Of a stretch of DNA of 64,000 bases, positions 59,901-64,000 are shown piece after piece (within the stretch, counting starts at the first letter, position 1; the number at the start of each line of letters is the position of its first letter). Both the position numbers and the translations under genes were made by a program. Origin of the DNA: Bugula neritina. Lineage: Eukaryota > Animalia > Bryozoa. The notes beneath the pieces are model-generated. The model worked only from the letters and a program-made list of their open reading frames with translations, did not search any database and was not told the DNA's origin. The stretch lies in assembly GCA_964035545.1 (NCBI GenBank), contig OZ037765.1, positions 14,890,698 to 14,954,697 on the forward strand. Direction: 5' to 3'.

Positions 59901-62900
59901 ATACGTCAACATACTGAAATGTACTGCAACATGCTGAACTATACTGCAACATACTGAAATATACTGCAACGTATCGAAGTATATTGTAATATACGGACAT
60001 CTACTGTAACATACTGAAACATACTTAAACATACTGAAATATACTTCAACATACTGAAATATACTGCAACATACTGCAACATACTGAAATACACTGGAAC
60101 ATACTGAAATACACTGCAACATACTACAACATACTGAAATACACTGGAACATACTGAAATACACTGCAAAACATTGAAATATACTGCAACATACCGAAAT
60201 ATATAGTAATCTACTGAAATATACTGTAACACATCGAAAAATACTGCAACATACTGAAATATACTGTAACACACTGAAATATACTGCAACATACTGAAAT
60301 ACATTGTAACATACTGAAATATACTGCAACATACTGCAACATACTGAAATACACTGTAACATGCTGAAATACACTGCAACATACTGCAACATACTGAAAT
60401 ACATTGGAAGATATTGAAACACACTACAACACATTGAAATATACTGCAACACACTGAAACATACAGCAGCATACTGAAATATACTGCGACACATTGAAAT
60501 ATACTGCAACATAGTTAACTATAATGCAAGATACTGCAACATTCTGAAATACACTGTGACATATTAAAATACACTGCAACATACTGCAACATACTGCAAC
60601 ATACTACAACATACTGAAATACACTGTAACATATTGAAGTGCACTGCAACACATTGAAATGTACTGCAACACACTGAAACATACGGCAACATACTGAAGT
60701 ATACTGCAACACATTGAAAAATACTGAAACATACCGAAATATATGGTAAACTACTGAAATATACTGTAACACATTGAAAAAAACTGCAACATACTGAAAT
60801 ATACTGTAACACACTGAAATATACTGCAAAATACTGAAATACACTGTAACATACTGAAATACACTGTAACACACTGAAATATACTGCAACACACTGCAAT
60901 ATACTGAAACACGCTGTAACATACTGAAATACACTGCAACATACTACAACATATTGAAATACACTGCAACACATTGAAATATACTGCAACACAATGAAAC
61001 ATACGGCAACATACTGAAACATAGTGCGACACATTGAAATATACTGCAACATACTGAAACATGCTGTAGCATACTGAAATACACTGCAACACATTGAAGT
61101 ATACTGTAATATACAGAAATGTACTGTAACATACAGAAACATACGTCAACATACTGAAATGTACTGCAACATGCTGAACTATACTGCAACATACTGAAAT
61201 ACACTGTAATATACTGAATTAAACTGCAACATACTGCAACATACTGAAATAAGCTGTAGCATACTGAAATACATTGCAGCACACTGAAGCGTCCTGCAAT
61301 ATGCAGAAACGTACTGCAACATACTGAAATATACCGCAACAAACCGAAATTTATGGTATACTGAAATATGTTGCAAACTAATAAAATGTACTGCAACATA
61401 CCGAAAATAACTGCAACTGTGCAATATAATGAAATATACTGCAAAAATACTGAAATATACTGCAACAATTTGAAAGTTACTGTATGATACTGACATATAC
61501 TGAAACACATTGAAACATACTGCAAGATACTGCAACATACTGAAATACACTATAACATACTGAAATACACTGCAACATACTGCAACATACTGCAACATAC
61601 TGCAACATACTGAATTACACTGTAACATATTGAAGTACACTGCAATACATTGAAATTTACTGCACCACACTGAAACATACAGCAACATACTGAAATACAC
61701 TGTGACATACTGAAATACACTGCAACATACTGCAACATACTGCAACATACTGCAACATACTGAAATACACTGTAACATATTGAAATACACTGCAACGCAT
61801 TGAAATATACTGCAACACAATGAAACATACGGCAACATACTGAAACATAGTGCGACACATTGAAATATACTGCAACATACTGAAACATGCTGTAGCATAC
61901 TGAAATACACTGCAACACATTGAAGTATACTGTAATATACAGAAATGTACTGTAACATACTGAAACCTACGTCAACATACTGAAATGTACTGCAACATGC
62001 TGAACTATACTGCAACATACTGAAATATACTGCAACGTATTGAAGTATATTGTAATATACGGACATCTACTGTAACATACTGAAACATACTTAAACATAC
62101 TGAAATATACTTCAACATACTGAAATATACTGCAACATACTGCAACATACTGAAATACACTGTAACATACTGAAACACACTGCAACACATCGGAATAAAC
62201 TGCAACATACCTAAATATACGGTAATATACTGAAATATACTGTTCACATTGAAAAACACTGCAACATACTGAAATTTGCTGTAGCACTGTGAAATTCACT
62301 GCAACCCACTGAAATATAGTGTAATATACGGAAATGTATTTTAACATACTGAAATATACTGTAACACACTGGAATAAACTGCAAAATACTGAAATATACT
62401 GTAACATACTGAAACATACTGCAACATACCGAAATATACTGTAACATTCTGAAATATACTGCAAGATACTGCAATATACTGAAATACACTGTAACATACT
62501 GAAATACACTGCAACATACTGCAACATACTGACATACACTGGAACATACTGAAATACACTGCAACATACTAGAACATACTGAAATACATTGTAACCTACT
62601 GAAATATGCTGTAGCACACTGAAATATACTGCAACATACTGAAATATAATGCAAGTTACTACAACATACTGAAATACACTGTGATATACTGAAATACACT
62701 GCAACATACTGCAACATACTGCAACATACTGAAATACACTGTAACATATTGAAATACACTGCAACATACTGCAACATACTGCAACACACTGAAACATACG
62801 GCAACACACTCACATGTACAGCGACACATTGAAATATACTGCAACATACTGAAATATGCTGTAGCATACTGAAATACACTGCAACACACTGGAATATACG

Positions 62901-64000
62901 GCAACATACTGCAACATACTGAAATACACTGTAACATACTGAAATACACTGCAACATACTGCAACATACTGAAATACACTGGAACATATTGAAACACACT
63001 ACAACACATTGAAATATACTGCAACACACTGAAACATACAGCAACATACTGAAATATACTGCGACACATTGAAATATACTGCAACATACTGAAATATGCT
63101 GTAGCATACTGTAATATACTGTAACACACTGTAATATACTGCAACATACTGCAACATACTGACATACACTGGAACATACTGAAATACACTCCAATATACT
63201 ACAACATACTGAAATACACTGCAACCTACTGAAATATGCTGTAGCACACCGAAATATACTGCAACATACTGAAATATAATGCAAGTTACTACAACATACT
63301 GAAATACACTGTGACATACTGAGATACACTGCAACATACTGCAACATACTGCAACATACCGAATTACACTGTAACAAACTGAAATACACTCCAACATACT
63401 ACAACATACTGAAATACACTGTAACATATTGAAATACATCGCAACACATTGAAATATACTGCAACACACTGAAATATACTGTAACACACTGTAATATACT
63501 GCAACATACTGCAACATACTGACATACACTGGAACATACTAAAATACATGCCAACATACTACAACATACTGAAATACACTGTAACCTACTGAAATATGCT
63601 GTAGCACACTGAAATATACTGCAACATACTGAAATATAATGCAAATTACTACAACATACTGAAATACACTGTGACATACTGAGTTACACTGCAATACCTT
63701 GAAATATAGTGCAACACACTGAAAGATACGGCAACATACTGAAATATACTGCGACACATTGAAATATACTGCAGCATACTGAAATATGCTGTAGCATACT
63801 GAAATATACTGTAACACACTGAAATATACTGCAACATACTGAAATACATTCTAACATACTGAAATATACTGCAACATACTGAAATACACTGTAACACACT
63901 GAAATATACTGCAACATACTGCAACATACTGAAATACACTGTAACATACTGAAATACACTGCAACATACTGCAACATACTGAAATACACTGGAACATATT
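53932..64000 (+). repeat. 10-bp satellite array, segment 4 (continues beyond the window end)
   Basis: Same monomer family. ~60.8-62.4 kb is paralogous to the window start (offsets 60819-60829), and there is a local 2066-bp tandem duplication (59459/61525). Confidence 0.99.

Noticed and set aside
360-63989. Hundreds of minus-strand Cys/Val/Tyr/Ser/Gln-rich ORFs up to 402 aa
   Set aside because: (ATGTTGCAGT)n contains ATG and no stop in any frame, translating to MLQYVAVCCS in all three frames. The ORFs overlap in every frame and end at random variant monomers, so they are a repeat artefact with no sign of coding selection.
1-64000. CRISPR array or telomeric repeat
   Set aside because: No unique spacers, no cas genes, and no G-run telomere motif.

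Overview
Eukaryotic-type satellite DNA with no credible protein-coding gene. About 58 kb of the window is one unidirectional tandem array of a 10-bp monomer (A-C-T-G-[C/T/A]-A-A-[C/T]-A-[T/C], mainly ACTGCAACAT, ACTGTAACAY and ACTGAAATAY). It is organised as 10-bp monomers, 20-bp dimers, then a mosaic of kb-scale duplicated blocks (a 3.63-kb tandem unit and 5.2-kb dispersed duplications). The many minus-strand MLQYVAVCCS-type ORFs are artefacts of this monomer. Three non-autonomous TIR elements interrupt the array, each with a 2-bp target-site duplication confirmed against empty paralogous sites in the window. Two are inverted copies of a ~2.54-kb family A (2056-4593 and 51391-53931) and one is a 756-bp family B (38490-39245). 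The two families show no visible internal similarity but share the end design CACAG-N5-TTAA-GG: CMC/EnSpm-like outer ends around Kolobok-like TTAA|GG inner ends. Both also carry fixed-spacing (~78-80 bp) bipartite subterminal repeats and insert at nearly the same phase of the monomer. Family A carries a tRNA-like RNA polymerase III unit (A box, B box, T-run), and most substitutions between the two copies cluster around it. Superfamily, host and function are inferences; no database search was possible.
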